Notes under the pieces: model-generated
Told to the model about the DNA's origin: nothing
Seen by the model: only the letters and a program-made list of their open reading frames with translations
The model's database searches: none
NCBI GenBank assembly: GCA_003599535.1
Contig: QZKQ01000056.1
Coordinates: 6,124 to 70,123 of the forward strand
Direction of reading: 5' to 3'
Source: Candidatus Zixiibacteriota bacterium
Lineage (GTDB): Bacteria; Electryoneota; B3-LCP
DNA length: 64,000 nt
Translations under genes and position numbers: made by a program
Shown: one piece after another, positions 8,874-18,670 of the stretch
Position numbering within the stretch: position 1 is the stretch's first letter
Layout of the letters: each line of letters starts with the position of its first letter

Positions 8874-10412
8874 ATGAGAGCTATCCGTCAAAACCTGAGG
8901 AATGCCATGATCAGACTGTCGTCGTTGCTGGCTGTCTTCGGTATTGGCCTGATGATCATCAGTCCGCTCTTGCTGCTTTGGCATCCTGACTGGATGTCGT
9001 TTCAATCCATCCTGGCCTCCGACGGTATGTTTGACGGCTTTATCCTATATGGCCTCAAAGGATTGCCGCTGGGATTACTCTTGGCCGGATCATTCCTGGT
9101 TCTGGCCAGTGTGGTAGTGTACATCATGGAGCGCAAAGCCGGGAAACTGCTGGAATACAGCACGAGGACATTTTTAACGGCGTTGATCATCATCAAGATG
9201 TGTCTGTGTCTGATAACCATCGGTGTCACTCCCTATAACATTGGCAAGTATGATGCCTACTCCAATTTCCATTACGCCAAGAACCTGGCGGAGGGTGAAC
9301 CGGTGGTGTCACCCGAAGGCCGGCCCACCGCCTGGTGGCCCATCGGATACCCGCTGCTGCTTAGCCTGTTTTTCCGTATCCTTGGGGTAAAAGTATGGGT
9401 GGCGCAGGTCATTAACGCCGGCATTCTGACGTTGACGATGGTGTTGACTTTCTACTGGGTTCGAGACTTGATGGGAATCCGAATCGCGCAAAAGGCCGCA
9501 CTGGTGTTGACCCTGCTTCCCTCCCAGACTTTCTATGCCGTCCCCTTAATGTCCGACATGTTCTTCGGATTGTTGCTGCTGGCTTTGCTCTGGGTAATCA
9601 CCAAAAAAGCCACCGGATACAATGCGTCACTGGCCGGGCTGCTTCTGGGCCTGGCGATGCTGACGCGTCCCACCCTATTATTTTTCCCCTTGGTACTACT
9701 CCTGTACCGCCTGGTAAGAGACAAGGATTGGAAGAGAGCCCTGGTCCATGCCGTCATCATCATCCTGGCCGCCGAAGCCGTGTTGTTGCCCTGGCAAATT
9801 CGGAATTACCGGCTGTTCCACCAGTTCGTACTCGTTTCAACCAATGGGGGGCATCATCTGTGGATGGGAAATAATCCGCAGGCCCGAGGCGGGTTCTTAC
9901 CCGTGGAATGGCACGCGACGAGACAACAGTTGAAATACATGAGCACGCTTTCGGAGGCTGAAGCGGATCGCTACGCTTTGCGACAAGGGTTGAATTATAT
10001 AGCGCAGCATCCCCTCCAAGCCATTCAGGTATGGCCCAAAAAATTGTTTTACCTGCTCTTCAAAGACAGCCGGTCTGTGGCGACGGCGATCGCGGATACT
10101 CACATTAAGATAGCCCCGGCCGTAATCATTGGAATGCTGGGGGCCACCGAAGGATTCTATACGGCGGTGCTGCTCTGTTTCTTCCTTTCCTGGGTGGCGC
10201 TGATACGCAGGGAGAGGGCCTCGCCGCGGAATGTCCTCCTTAGCGGCACCGTGCTTTACTTTCTGATGATCACGGTGGCCTTCATCGCCGAAGGGCGATA
10301 CCACCAGCCGTTGGTACCGATCTTCGTGCTGTTGGCGGTATGGAATCCATCCACCCCGAGCGAAGAGCAGGCCGCGGCCGCCGGCCTTGAATCCGTTCAC
10401 CCGGCAGCGTGA
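8874..10412 (+). CDS. ArnT/PMT-like (GT-C) membrane glycosyltransferase; start uncertain
   Basis: Many TMs; PTAWWPIGYP, LAMLTRP, PWQIRNY, STNGGHHLWMGNNP, RYHQP motifs. Confidence 0.8.
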   Translation: MRAIRQNLRNAMIRLSSLLAVFGIGLMIISPLLLLWHPDWMSFQSILASDGMFDGFILYGLKGLPLGLLLAGSFLVLASVVVYIMERKAGKLLEYSTRTFLTALIIIKMCLCLITIGVTPYNIGKYDAYSNFHYAKNLAEGEPVVSPEGRPTAWWPIGYPLLLSLFFRILGVKVWVAQVINAGILTLTMVLTFYWVRDLMGIRIAQKAALVLTLLPSQTFYAVPLMSDMFFGLLLLALLWVITKKATGYNASLAGLLLGLAMLTRPTLLFFPLVLLLYRLVRDKDWKRALVHAVIIILAAEAVLLPWQIRNYRLFHQFVLVSTNGGHHLWMGNNPQARGGFLPVEWHATRQQLKYMSTLSEAEADRYALRQGLNYIAQHPLQAIQVWPKKLFYLLFKDSRSVATAIADTHIKIAPAVIIGMLGATEGFYTAVLLCFFLSWVALIRRERASPRNVLLSGTVLYFLMITVAFIAEGRYHQPLVPIFVLLAVWNPSTPSEEQAAAAGLESVHPAA

Positions 10413-10572
10413 GCGCTGCCGCGCGTTCACCCGCGAAACCGTTGTTGAACCTAGCGTCATTCCCGGTCCGGCCTTGAACCCCCCGAATTCTCCCGGTGGA
10501 GGAGGAATCGGAAGACCGGCCGAGGGAGAATAATCCGCATCATTCCAACCCCTTCCTCAAAGGAGACCCGCA

Positions 10573-10881
10573 ATGTTTGAGCAGGATGAAGAATCCCGGT
10601 TGCCGTTCCCGACCCGGCAGATCGTCATGAACGGCGAGCTCGTCGAAGAGTACCTCATTCCGGATCACCACAAAGCCGCGGTGCTGCGCGATATTTACCT
10701 GGGCGAACCGGTGCCGAGGCTGGACGAGGAGCGCTTCGATCTGCATTCCGGCAAGAAATTCGTCGTCCGCGACTTCCGCGTCACCCGGGAAAACGGACGC
10801 AACTGGCTGGTCAGCCCCTACTACGAAGAGGGCGGGGGCACGGTCATTGACTGGATGCCGGCGGACTGGAGCAAGGCGTAG
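10573..10881 (+). CDS. Hypothetical protein
   Basis: AAGGAG RBS, 102 aa, native codon usage. Confidence 0.7.
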   Translation: MFEQDEESRLPFPTRQIVMNGELVEEYLIPDHHKAAVLRDIYLGEPVPRLDEERFDLHSGKKFVVRDFRVTRENGRNWLVSPYYEEGGGTVIDWMPADWSKA

Positions 10882-10994
10882 ACCGCGCCTTCATATCTCT
10901 GGATATACCCTTCCCTGTCACGAGAACGTTCTAAACCAGGCGGCCGTCATCTTCGTGAAAAACCGGGTGGCGGCCGCCGGATATCCTGAGCCTC

Positions 10995-12062
10995 ATGAAC
11001 CTTTCAGATCTCGGCTTTGACGCGTGGTTCCGGGACAGGCTGTCTTCGGAAGTCCAAGCCGGCCATTCCCTGGCCCGCGTCACGGCCGTCAACCGCGACA
11101 ACTGCCTGATCCGGAACGAAACTTCCGAAGTTCCGGCCGAAATGACCGGCCGCCTGCTGTACTCGACCGAATCCACCCTGGACCTGCCCGTGGTGGGGGA
11201 CTGGGTCCTGGCGGACTACTTCGACGATGGAGGCGGTGCTGTCATTCACGCGGTGCTGCCGCGCAAATCCTTCCTGCGGCGCAAAACCGCCGGCAAGAAG
11301 GTGGATTACCAGATGATCGCCGCCAATCTCGACGCTGCCTTCATCACGCAGGCGTGCACCCAGGATTTCAACCTGCACCGGCTGGAGCGTTACCTGGTCA
11401 TGGTCCACGAAGGGCGGGTCGAACCGGTCGTGCTGCTGACCAAGGCCGATCTGGTCAGCCCCGAGGAGCTGGAGAGCCGCCTGGCCACGGTGTGCGCCCT
11501 GGATTCCTCCGGCCGCGTCCTGGCCGTCAGCAACGTCACGGGCTATGGCCTGGACCTGTTGCGGCAGATGCTCGAGCCGGGTAAAACCTACGGCCTGCTG
11601 GGCTCGTCCGGAGTGGGCAAGTCCACGCTCATCAACCGCCTGGCCGGCCGCGATCTCCTGGCCACCGGCGCCGTCCGGGATTTCGACGGGAAGGGCCGCC
11701 ACACCACTTCCCGCCGTGAACTGATCGTCCTGGACGGCGGCGCCATGCTGGTTGATACCCCCGGCATGAAGGTACTGGGCAACATGGACGCCGGGGAAGG
11801 CCTGGAGGCGACCTTCGCTGATCTCCACGCCCTGGCCGCGGACTGCCGCTTCGACGATTGCACCCACACCCGCGAGTCCGGCTGCGCGCTGCTGGCGGCG
11901 GTCCGGTCCGGGCAGGTGGACGAGGACCGCTACCAGGGCTACCTGAAGCTGCTGAAGGAAGGGGAATTCAACCAGTTGTCCTACGCCGGCAGGCGCAAGA
12001 AGGATCGCGACTTCGGCCGCTTCATCAAGATCGCCAAGAAAGATCTGAAGGCGAGGCGGTGA
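10995..12062 (+). CDS. rsgA: Ribosome small subunit-dependent GTPase A
   Basis: Circularly permuted GTPase: TKAD, GSSGVGKST, GRHTT, DTPG, then Zn finger CRFDDCTHTRESGC. Confidence 0.93.
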   Translation: MNLSDLGFDAWFRDRLSSEVQAGHSLARVTAVNRDNCLIRNETSEVPAEMTGRLLYSTESTLDLPVVGDWVLADYFDDGGGAVIHAVLPRKSFLRRKTAGKKVDYQMIAANLDAAFITQACTQDFNLHRLERYLVMVHEGRVEPVVLLTKADLVSPEELESRLATVCALDSSGRVLAVSNVTGYGLDLLRQMLEPGKTYGLLGSSGVGKSTLINRLAGRDLLATGAVRDFDGKGRHTTSRRELIVLDGGAMLVDTPGMKVLGNMDAGEGLEATFADLHALAADCRFDDCTHTRESGCALLAAVRSGQVDEDRYQGYLKLLKEGEFNQLSYAGRRKKDRDFGRFIKIAKKDLKARR

Positions 12063-12106
12063 GAGCCGCATAGGCAGAATGTCGGCCCAACGGAGGTGGC
12101 TGTGTC

Positions 12107-12336
12107 GGGGCGATGCATTTGCCGCGATGAGGCCTCGAATGCCGATGGGGCCGCCAATCCCTGCAGAGGCCGGCATCACAGGAATTGGAGGGCAAATGCT
12201 TCGCCCTGAAGGGAGGTGGCTCGGCTTGGATAAGGGCGAAGCATCTGCGCAACGGGTAAACGATGCAGCCATTGGCTGGAGATGATACTCTGGTAAGAGT
12301 CAGCGGCCTCTTCCGGGCAGATGCATCGCCCCTACG
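12107..12336. repeat. REPIN-like doublet (four GGGCGA(T/A)GCAT units); inverted copy at 42285-42519
   Basis: 12306-12336 is the exact reverse complement of 42285-42315; all four units are collinear. Confidence 0.8.
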
Positions 12337-12467
12337 CGACGATCCCCCGGCCTCTTCCCAGGAATGCCACGCAGTGGTCCCTGCCACGCGGTGGCCACTT
12401 CGTGGCGGGAAATTCCTGGGCTACGATCATGCTACCCACTGAAGTGGGTGCAATTAAAATATCCGCC

Positions 12468-13328
12468 ATGCAAGGTAATTTCACCGCCGACCCCGGCCTG
12501 TACGAGGCCCTGTTTGACCTCCTGGACCTCGTCTTCCCCGGCCTCCGGCAGGGGGCGCAGGAGATCCGTCGCCTGGGAATCGCCTGGGAAGCCGTCTCCA
12601 CCCCCTTCGTGCATTTCGAGCACGGGAAAGTGGTGTCCCACGTGGGGGTCATTGAACTGCCCCTGGTGGCGATGGGCCGTCCCGTGACCGTCGGATCGGT
12701 GCACGCCGTGGCCACCCACCCGGATTACCGCCGCCGCGGCTATTACGACCGGCGGATGCGCGAACTGCTGGAGTACGCCTCCGGCCGCTGGGAGGCGCTG
12801 ATTCTCACCACCGAGCACCCCGAGTACTTCACCCCGTTCGGTTTCCGGCACGTCCCCGAGCAATGTTTTTTCCAGCCGGTCAACCTCGGCCGCAGCGACC
12901 GGTTGCGCCCCTTGAACCTCCGGGATTCCGCCGATGTTGTGCTCCTGCACCGCCTGCTGGACACCCGCGAACCGGTCTCCCAGGTGGTCGGGGTCGGCCC
13001 GGAGAAGGCGGTGTTCTGCTTCAACGAGGCCCGCCGCCCGCTGTACTATGCGGAAAGCCTGGATGCCCTTATCTGCCTGGAGCGGGAGGATTCGGCTTTG
13101 CACCTGTACGACATCGTAACCCCGCACCTGCCCGCCCTGCAGGACCTAGCGGCCGTGCTGCCGGGGGCAAACGAGCTCATCTTTCACTTCGCTCCGGACC
13201 GTTTCGCCCCTCAGGCCCGCGCCGTTCCCTACCTGCTGGATCACGACGGCCCCTCGTACCTGATGGTGCGCGGGCCGCTCGCGGCGGAAGGGGAGGCGTT
13301 CACGCTGCCGAGAGGGGCGAGGACGTGA
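12468..13328 (+). CDS. GNAT family N-acetyltransferase
   Basis: VHAVATHPDYRRRGY acetyl-CoA motif; YFTPFGF. Confidence 0.85.
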   Translation: MQGNFTADPGLYEALFDLLDLVFPGLRQGAQEIRRLGIAWEAVSTPFVHFEHGKVVSHVGVIELPLVAMGRPVTVGSVHAVATHPDYRRRGYYDRRMRELLEYASGRWEALILTTEHPEYFTPFGFRHVPEQCFFQPVNLGRSDRLRPLNLRDSADVVLLHRLLDTREPVSQVVGVGPEKAVFCFNEARRPLYYAESLDALICLEREDSALHLYDIVTPHLPALQDLAAVLPGANELIFHFAPDRFAPQARAVPYLLDHDGPSYLMVRGPLAAEGEAFTLPRGART

Positions 13329-13483
13329 GGAAGTGGGAAGGGGGTTTGGAAAGAAAAAGAAGAAATAACGCTTGATCTGCGTGAATATTTGCACTATTAT
13401 AAAATTAAGTAGCCGGACTTATACTTACATCCGCTGGGATAAGTGGAGGCGCCGGCATCGCAATCAGCAGGGAGGATCCGATT

Positions 13484-16483
13484 ATGCATTTGCACTTGGA
13501 AAAATCCGTATGGATGGATGCGCGTGAGACACTATCTTTGGATGCGATTATGCATCAAGCCACCACTTCACTCATCATTTCTGGTCATACACTGTATAAA
13601 TTTGCTTCCGATTTATATGTTAAGAACGCTCTGGTTGATCTTTTGGCGCGCAATGTACGAGTTACTCTGGTTCTCTTGAATCCATATTCCAGCTACAGCT
13701 ATGCCCATAGACCCTTTCACGATCTGGAAAGCCAGGGCGTACCGTATAAGAGCCAGATGCATAAAACCATCGATTTTGTTCATGAAATCTCCACCAGTTT
13801 AGGTCATCCCCAGACTTTCAATGTGTACTTGACACAATACATGCCAAGATTCCGTACCATCCTCATTGATGACAGTATTTGCCATGTTCAATTGTACATG
13901 TACGGCAAGGACGTCAGCCTCACGCCGGAATTAGTCATCACCGAACAAAGTCAGACTCCCTGGTTTGGAGTTATTCGGGATTCTTTACAGGAAATGTTAA
14001 AATCCGTTGATGTCATTCCGTTAATAAAAGACGGAAGATACAATGAGAACTGGGATAACAGCCAAATTGCCGACGGGCTCAAAAAATGCCTGCATACCAA
14101 GTGTTGCCGGGATCAACGTAATTTTTGGAGCACCATTGAAACCATAATTCTTGGTTATCAGAATAATCCCCAGCGAAGAAATGAAAATGGTCTGTATGAT
14201 GAGGACTACACACCCGGGACATTCACCCTGGACTGTATCTCCCCCGCCACTCAATATATTAACCCTCGGATGAGCTTCGATAGGTGGCTCGACAGAGTCC
14301 TCGATGATGAGATAGCCCTGATAAAGGCACATCAAGCCGAACTGTTTTATAGATACTCTGAATCTGACCTGCGCGTGGACGTGCGACGGGTTCTGGATCT
14401 ATGCCGCATCGATGGCAATCCTTTAAAATGTAATATCTGGCTACAGGAGTACTCCGATATCATCAGGCGAATACTATTTACCTTGCTGGTAAACAATCCT
14501 GATCATGAACTGAATACCTGTCCGCAGTTGACGCATGAGCGACAAGAATTGATCATTGATGCCATTAATTGGTTGGAGAAAAATCGCCAGCCATCCATCA
14601 AACAATGGTTACACCTCTCCATTGCGGCAGGTTTGCTGGGGATCAATGAAAAATCCACCCATGCCGCTACCTCTTCCATCGAGCATCACGGAGCGATAGT
14701 CCTTGAACGACCTGGGGAATCACGGGCGGAGGCGATTTCCAGGGTGGGACAGGATCTGTGGGAAACGGCCAATAGTAATTGCCGAATCGACGCTTCCGAT
14801 TTTTTCTTGAACGTTTTAAGCTCAGCATACGGTAACTTTAAACTCGCGGTATTCTTGGATGATTTCCTGGAGTCGGTGGTCGCCTTGAAGTATTATCAGG
14901 AGCTGCTAAGAATGTATCCCAGCCTGGAAATTGATTGTATACCAAGATCCATTCGCTGTGGCAACGACGCGACATTTGATGACCTGCAGATACTACTGCC
15001 ACGGTTTCCCGACCTGGCAAGATCGAACCGCTTTCGCATCGTTGAAAAAGGCCCTAAAATCGGGGGCGTCAACCTGCTGAAGATCCACCCTGAGGTTACT
15101 CAGGTGATAGATCAGGCTTCGGCTTTGGACGTGCGGGGAGCCAGGAACTATGAAATGATGCAGGGAATTATGAAGGAAGCCTATTTTGGATTCATGGTGT
15201 GCCGTGAAATCAGCGAATCCGTTACCGGGCTTTTTGCGCCGGATCGTCCCCTGATCTATATCCATCATACACCCGGGGAACGATCTTTTGATGGGTTTAA
15301 ACTCCGGCATGAACGCAACCAAAACGGGCGTATGCTGGCCAAAACTACTGTGAACGATCAGAAGGAAAAATGGGGAGGAGGTTCGGGATGGCTATTGCAC
15401 CATCAATCGGATAACTACCGTAATCGATACCAGATTTTAAGCTCATTTTACAGCCAGCAAGCCCCGAATTTTCATGCCAAGTTCGGCGCACTGCTGGAAT
15501 CAGAGGTCGAAGGATTTCTGGATAAGCTAAATGGGCGGGTCCTGGTAATAGGTTGTGGTTCCGGCAAGGAGGTGGAATATCTGCGACAGAAAGGCCGTGA
15601 CGTTTGGGGATTCGATTTCAGTCCGGATGCCATCGCCTTGGCGCGGCAGAGAAATATTCATCTGAAGAATCGGTTCTTCGTCGAGGATTTGTACAATATT
15701 GACACAATTATGCAAGGAGAATTCGATGGGATCGTGGCCAACGCGGTATTATTGCATCTCCTGGACCGCGATCATTTGGTCATGATCCTGGAGAAGATAC
15801 GGGCGCGATTGAAACCCTCTGGCCTCTGTTTTGTGCGGAATCTAGACAAGGAGGGGGGTGTAAAAGAGGAATTTGATAGTCGTCTTTATTACCAAGACCG
15901 GTGGTTTGTTTACTACACTGAAGATGAGCTGACGCAAGCAGCGCGAAGGGCTGGATTCTCCATACTTGATCGCGTACGTCACCGCCACGCGGTGCATAAG
16001 GGGGTATACTGGCTATCATTATTGCTGAAAAACGGGACGATTACCCGGTTCAATTCTCTACCGATCGATACTGAAAATGAATGGGACATCTTTCTAGGTT
16101 ACGCCAGCGCTGATACCGCCGAGCTGGCCCAGGAAGTTTACATCCAATTAACGGAACAGACTTTTCACGTTTTCTTTGCCCCTTCGGCGGTCAAAACAGG
16201 AACAGAACTTCCAGTTAAGGTCTCGCAGGCCCTCAATCACTGCCGGTATTTCGTTGCCCTGATTTCTCCGGAATACGAAAGATCAGGCTGGTGTAAATTG
16301 GAACTGAACCAGAGGGTCACCCGAGATACAAATAGCGATACCCCCACAATTTTGCCATTTCTGATCGGGGGAGCGGAGATACCATCGGTGATATCGCACC
16401 TTGCTTATAAAGAATTCCCCAATAGTCAGACCAGCGCTTCGCGAATAGTCCAAGAAATTCTGGGAAAGATCAATAAAGAGTAA
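13484..16483 (+). CDS. Multidomain protein: DUF5919-like + DUF89/ARMT1-like + class I methyltransferase + TIR
   Basis: VRVTLVLLNP/ILIDD N-terminus; GNDATFDD and RGARNYE (DUF89-like); VLVIGCGSG; WDIFLGYASAD...SGWCKLEL (TIR); GGGAGG RBS; AT-richer than flanks. Confidence 0.8.
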   Translation: MHLHLEKSVWMDARETLSLDAIMHQATTSLIISGHTLYKFASDLYVKNALVDLLARNVRVTLVLLNPYSSYSYAHRPFHDLESQGVPYKSQMHKTIDFVHEISTSLGHPQTFNVYLTQYMPRFRTILIDDSICHVQLYMYGKDVSLTPELVITEQSQTPWFGVIRDSLQEMLKSVDVIPLIKDGRYNENWDNSQIADGLKKCLHTKCCRDQRNFWSTIETIILGYQNNPQRRNENGLYDEDYTPGTFTLDCISPATQYINPRMSFDRWLDRVLDDEIALIKAHQAELFYRYSESDLRVDVRRVLDLCRIDGNPLKCNIWLQEYSDIIRRILFTLLVNNPDHELNTCPQLTHERQELIIDAINWLEKNRQPSIKQWLHLSIAAGLLGINEKSTHAATSSIEHHGAIVLERPGESRAEAISRVGQDLWETANSNCRIDASDFFLNVLSSAYGNFKLAVFLDDFLESVVALKYYQELLRMYPSLEIDCIPRSIRCGNDATFDDLQILLPRFPDLARSNRFRIVEKGPKIGGVNLLKIHPEVTQVIDQASALDVRGARNYEMMQGIMKEAYFGFMVCREISESVTGLFAPDRPLIYIHHTPGERSFDGFKLRHERNQNGRMLAKTTVNDQKEKWGGGSGWLLHHQSDNYRNRYQILSSFYSQQAPNFHAKFGALLESEVEGFLDKLNGRVLVIGCGSGKEVEYLRQKGRDVWGFDFSPDAIALARQRNIHLKNRFFVEDLYNIDTIMQGEFDGIVANAVLLHLLDRDHLVMILEKIRARLKPSGLCFVRNLDKEGGVKEEFDSRLYYQDRWFVYYTEDELTQAARRAGFSILDRVRHRHAVHKGVYWLSLLLKNGTITRFNSLPIDTENEWDIFLGYASADTAELAQEVYIQLTEQTFHVFFAPSAVKTGTELPVKVSQALNHCRYFVALISPEYERSGWCKLELNQRVTRDTNSDTPTILPFLIGGAEIPSVISHLAYKEFPNSQTSASRIVQEILGKINKE

Positions 16484-16744
16484 TTTTATATACCTGAATG
16501 CGATAATGCTTGATTATTCGCCATATTCCGGTCGCTGGACCGCTGTATGTTTTGGTCAAAGTGAACGGATCCTGACTTGTTAATCACTGGCCACCCTATG
16601 GGATCATTACCTGATGAAACCCGCTATCCCCTGGATCGCCAACCAGCATCCGACACTTTCCCCCGGAGCCTCCCATGCCTTGCCTCCAGCTCCACACCCT
16701 CGCCGCCACCCGTCAACGCGTTGAATGAAACCACTGGAAATCCC

Positions 16745-17158
16745 ATGGATAATTCCGCTCTAAAAGCCCTTATCTGGCGCACCGTCCAGGCCCTGAACCG
16801 CACCTGGACCCGCGATCCCGAAGCCCGCGGTCTGGAACAGTACTTCCACCCCGGCATGGTAGCCATCACTCCCGCCGACCGCCTGCGCCTGGAGAGCGGC
16901 GAGGCCTGCCTGGCCGGATGGCGCAAGTTCGCCCGGGAATTTGAGGTGCTCCGCTGGGAGGAGAAAGACCCCGATGTGCGTTTCCACTGCGAGGGCCGCT
17001 GCGCCGTGGTGACCTACTACTACGGCTGCGAAATCCGCCTGCGCGGCGGCGGCCCCACCCTGGAAGTTCCCGGCCGGGATATGCTCGTTTTAGTCCTGGA
17101 GCAGGACCGCTGGCTGGTCGTGGCGGATCAGTTTTCGGGATTTCCCGGTCAGGGATAA
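16745..17158 (+). CDS. NTF2-like/DUF4440 (SnoaL-like) protein
   Basis: YFHPGMVAI, AVVTYYY, GRDMLVL...WLVVADQFS. Confidence 0.75.
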   Translation: MDNSALKALIWRTVQALNRTWTRDPEARGLEQYFHPGMVAITPADRLRLESGEACLAGWRKFAREFEVLRWEEKDPDVRFHCEGRCAVVTYYYGCEIRLRGGGPTLEVPGRDMLVLVLEQDRWLVVADQFSGFPGQG

Positions 17159-17178
17159 CCTGCCCGTTCCAACCCGAG

Positions 17179-17625
17179 ATGATCATGTCGCTTTTCCACC
17201 GTTTGCTGCTGCTGGGCGGGATCTTCAGCCTGGCACTGGCGCTGTTTCAGGCGGTGATCTCGGTGTCGCCGGCCTGGAGCGTGTACTTCGGGGCGCCCGC
17301 CTCCATGGCCGCCCAGCCGCTCAAGCTGCTGGCCGCTGGCTGGATCGCCGCCCTGTTCTTCGCCCTGTTCGGCCTGTATGGCTTAAGCGCCGCGGGACGG
17401 TTCCGCCGCCTGCCGCTGCTGCGCTGGGGAATTCTGGCCATCGGGCTCCTCTACTTCCTGCGCGGAGTGATGGTGTTCCCGCAACTGGGCTCCGAAGGGA
17501 TGCCGGACCGGTTCATCGTCTATTCGGCGGTCTCCCTGGCCGCCGGGATCATCCACCTGGCCGGAGTGGCGGGCGCCTGGCGGACCATCCCCGGGAAGCA
17601 GAGCCGTGAGCCGCGCGCGGCGTAG
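17179..17625 (+). CDS. Four-TM membrane protein
   Basis: Hydrophobic helices; YGLSAAG..RLPLLR...YFLRG motif. Confidence 0.7.
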   Translation: MIMSLFHRLLLLGGIFSLALALFQAVISVSPAWSVYFGAPASMAAQPLKLLAAGWIAALFFALFGLYGLSAAGRFRRLPLLRWGILAIGLLYFLRGVMVFPQLGSEGMPDRFIVYSAVSLAAGIIHLAGVAGAWRTIPGKQSREPRAA

Positions 17626-17715
17626 CGCCGGGCCGAGTGCCTGGCCGAATCAATCCCCTCTGTGCCACTGCGTCCATCTGCGGTGAAAATGCCTCATTCT
17701 CCGGATTCGTCACCC

Positions 17716-18183
17716 ATGACCGACCCACTCGTCGAAACCTGGCTGATCAACCACCGCGTCAACCTGCGCCTGCTGGATAATTTGAGCGACGAAGCCCTGG
17801 CCGCCACCTTGTCCACCCGTGGCGGGCGCAGCGTGGGGATGCAACTGGCCCATGTGCACAATAACCGCCTCTACCACCTGGAAAACGCCGATAAGGAGCT
17901 CTACGGTACATTGGCCCTGATCCCCCGCGAGCAGGGGAACGACCGGGCCGCGCTGGCCGCCGGCCTGGTGGCTTCCGGCGAGGCCGTGGCCGAGCTGATC
18001 CGCCGCTGTCTGGCGGCGGGCGGGCAGATGAAGGGCTTCAAGCGCGGCCTCGTGGTTTTCACCGGCTACCTGATCGCCCACGAGGCCCACCACCGCGGCC
18101 ATGCCCTGCTGACGGTCAAGCAGTCCGGCCTGAAGATCCCCGAGGCGCTGAAATGGGGGTCATGGGAATGGAATAAAATTTGA
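17716..18183 (+). CDS. DinB family protein
   Basis: QLAHVHNNR and YLIAHEAHHRG. Confidence 0.85.
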   Translation: MTDPLVETWLINHRVNLRLLDNLSDEALAATLSTRGGRSVGMQLAHVHNNRLYHLENADKELYGTLALIPREQGNDRAALAAGLVASGEAVAELIRRCLAAGGQMKGFKRGLVVFTGYLIAHEAHHRGHALLTVKQSGLKIPEALKWGSWEWNKI

Positions 18184-18276
18184 TCCGGCAACATACCAGC
18201 GCCGGCACCCGCTGCCTCCCGGGTTGGTGCCTTCGCCTTCACCGGTAATTCAATCATGTTCTTAGGGGAGGTCCCC

Positions 18277-18594
18277 ATGGCACCACGTCCTTACGATTTC
18301 AGCGATGAAACCAAGAAGGCCGCCATCGAACGGCAAGGCGGCGTCTGTGCCTGGTGCGGCGAAGAGATTTCCACCGACTGGTCTGATGGCCCCTATGATG
18401 GCGTTGCTCATCATTTAAAGCCTGGAATTCACGGTGGTAGAAATGACTTGGATAATTGCGTCTATGTGTGTCGCGCCCATCATATGCATCCTTGTCACGG
18501 CATGGCCCCCTATGGCATCGATCCCCAAGGGGGCAGTTCCGACACGTGGGTGAGACTGTCCCGGAGCGATTTCCAGTACTGGAAGAAGTCCTGA
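18277..18594 (+). CDS. Small HNH endonuclease-like protein
   Basis: CAWC...HHLKP...GGRNDLDNCVYVCRAHH; GGGGAGG RBS. Confidence 0.8.
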   Translation: MAPRPYDFSDETKKAAIERQGGVCAWCGEEISTDWSDGPYDGVAHHLKPGIHGGRNDLDNCVYVCRAHHMHPCHGMAPYGIDPQGGSSDTWVRLSRSDFQYWKKS

Positions 18595-18670
18595 CCGGCC
18601 GAGAATCCCGCAAAGGCGCAGACAACGGCCGGCTTGCGGTCAGGAACCACTCCCTGGAGGCGGAGAAATC

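Noticed and set aside
12107..12336. CRISPR array (repeat-spacer look)
   Set aside because: Units alternate in orientation, spacing is uneven, there are only four units and no cas genes; fits REP/REPIN better
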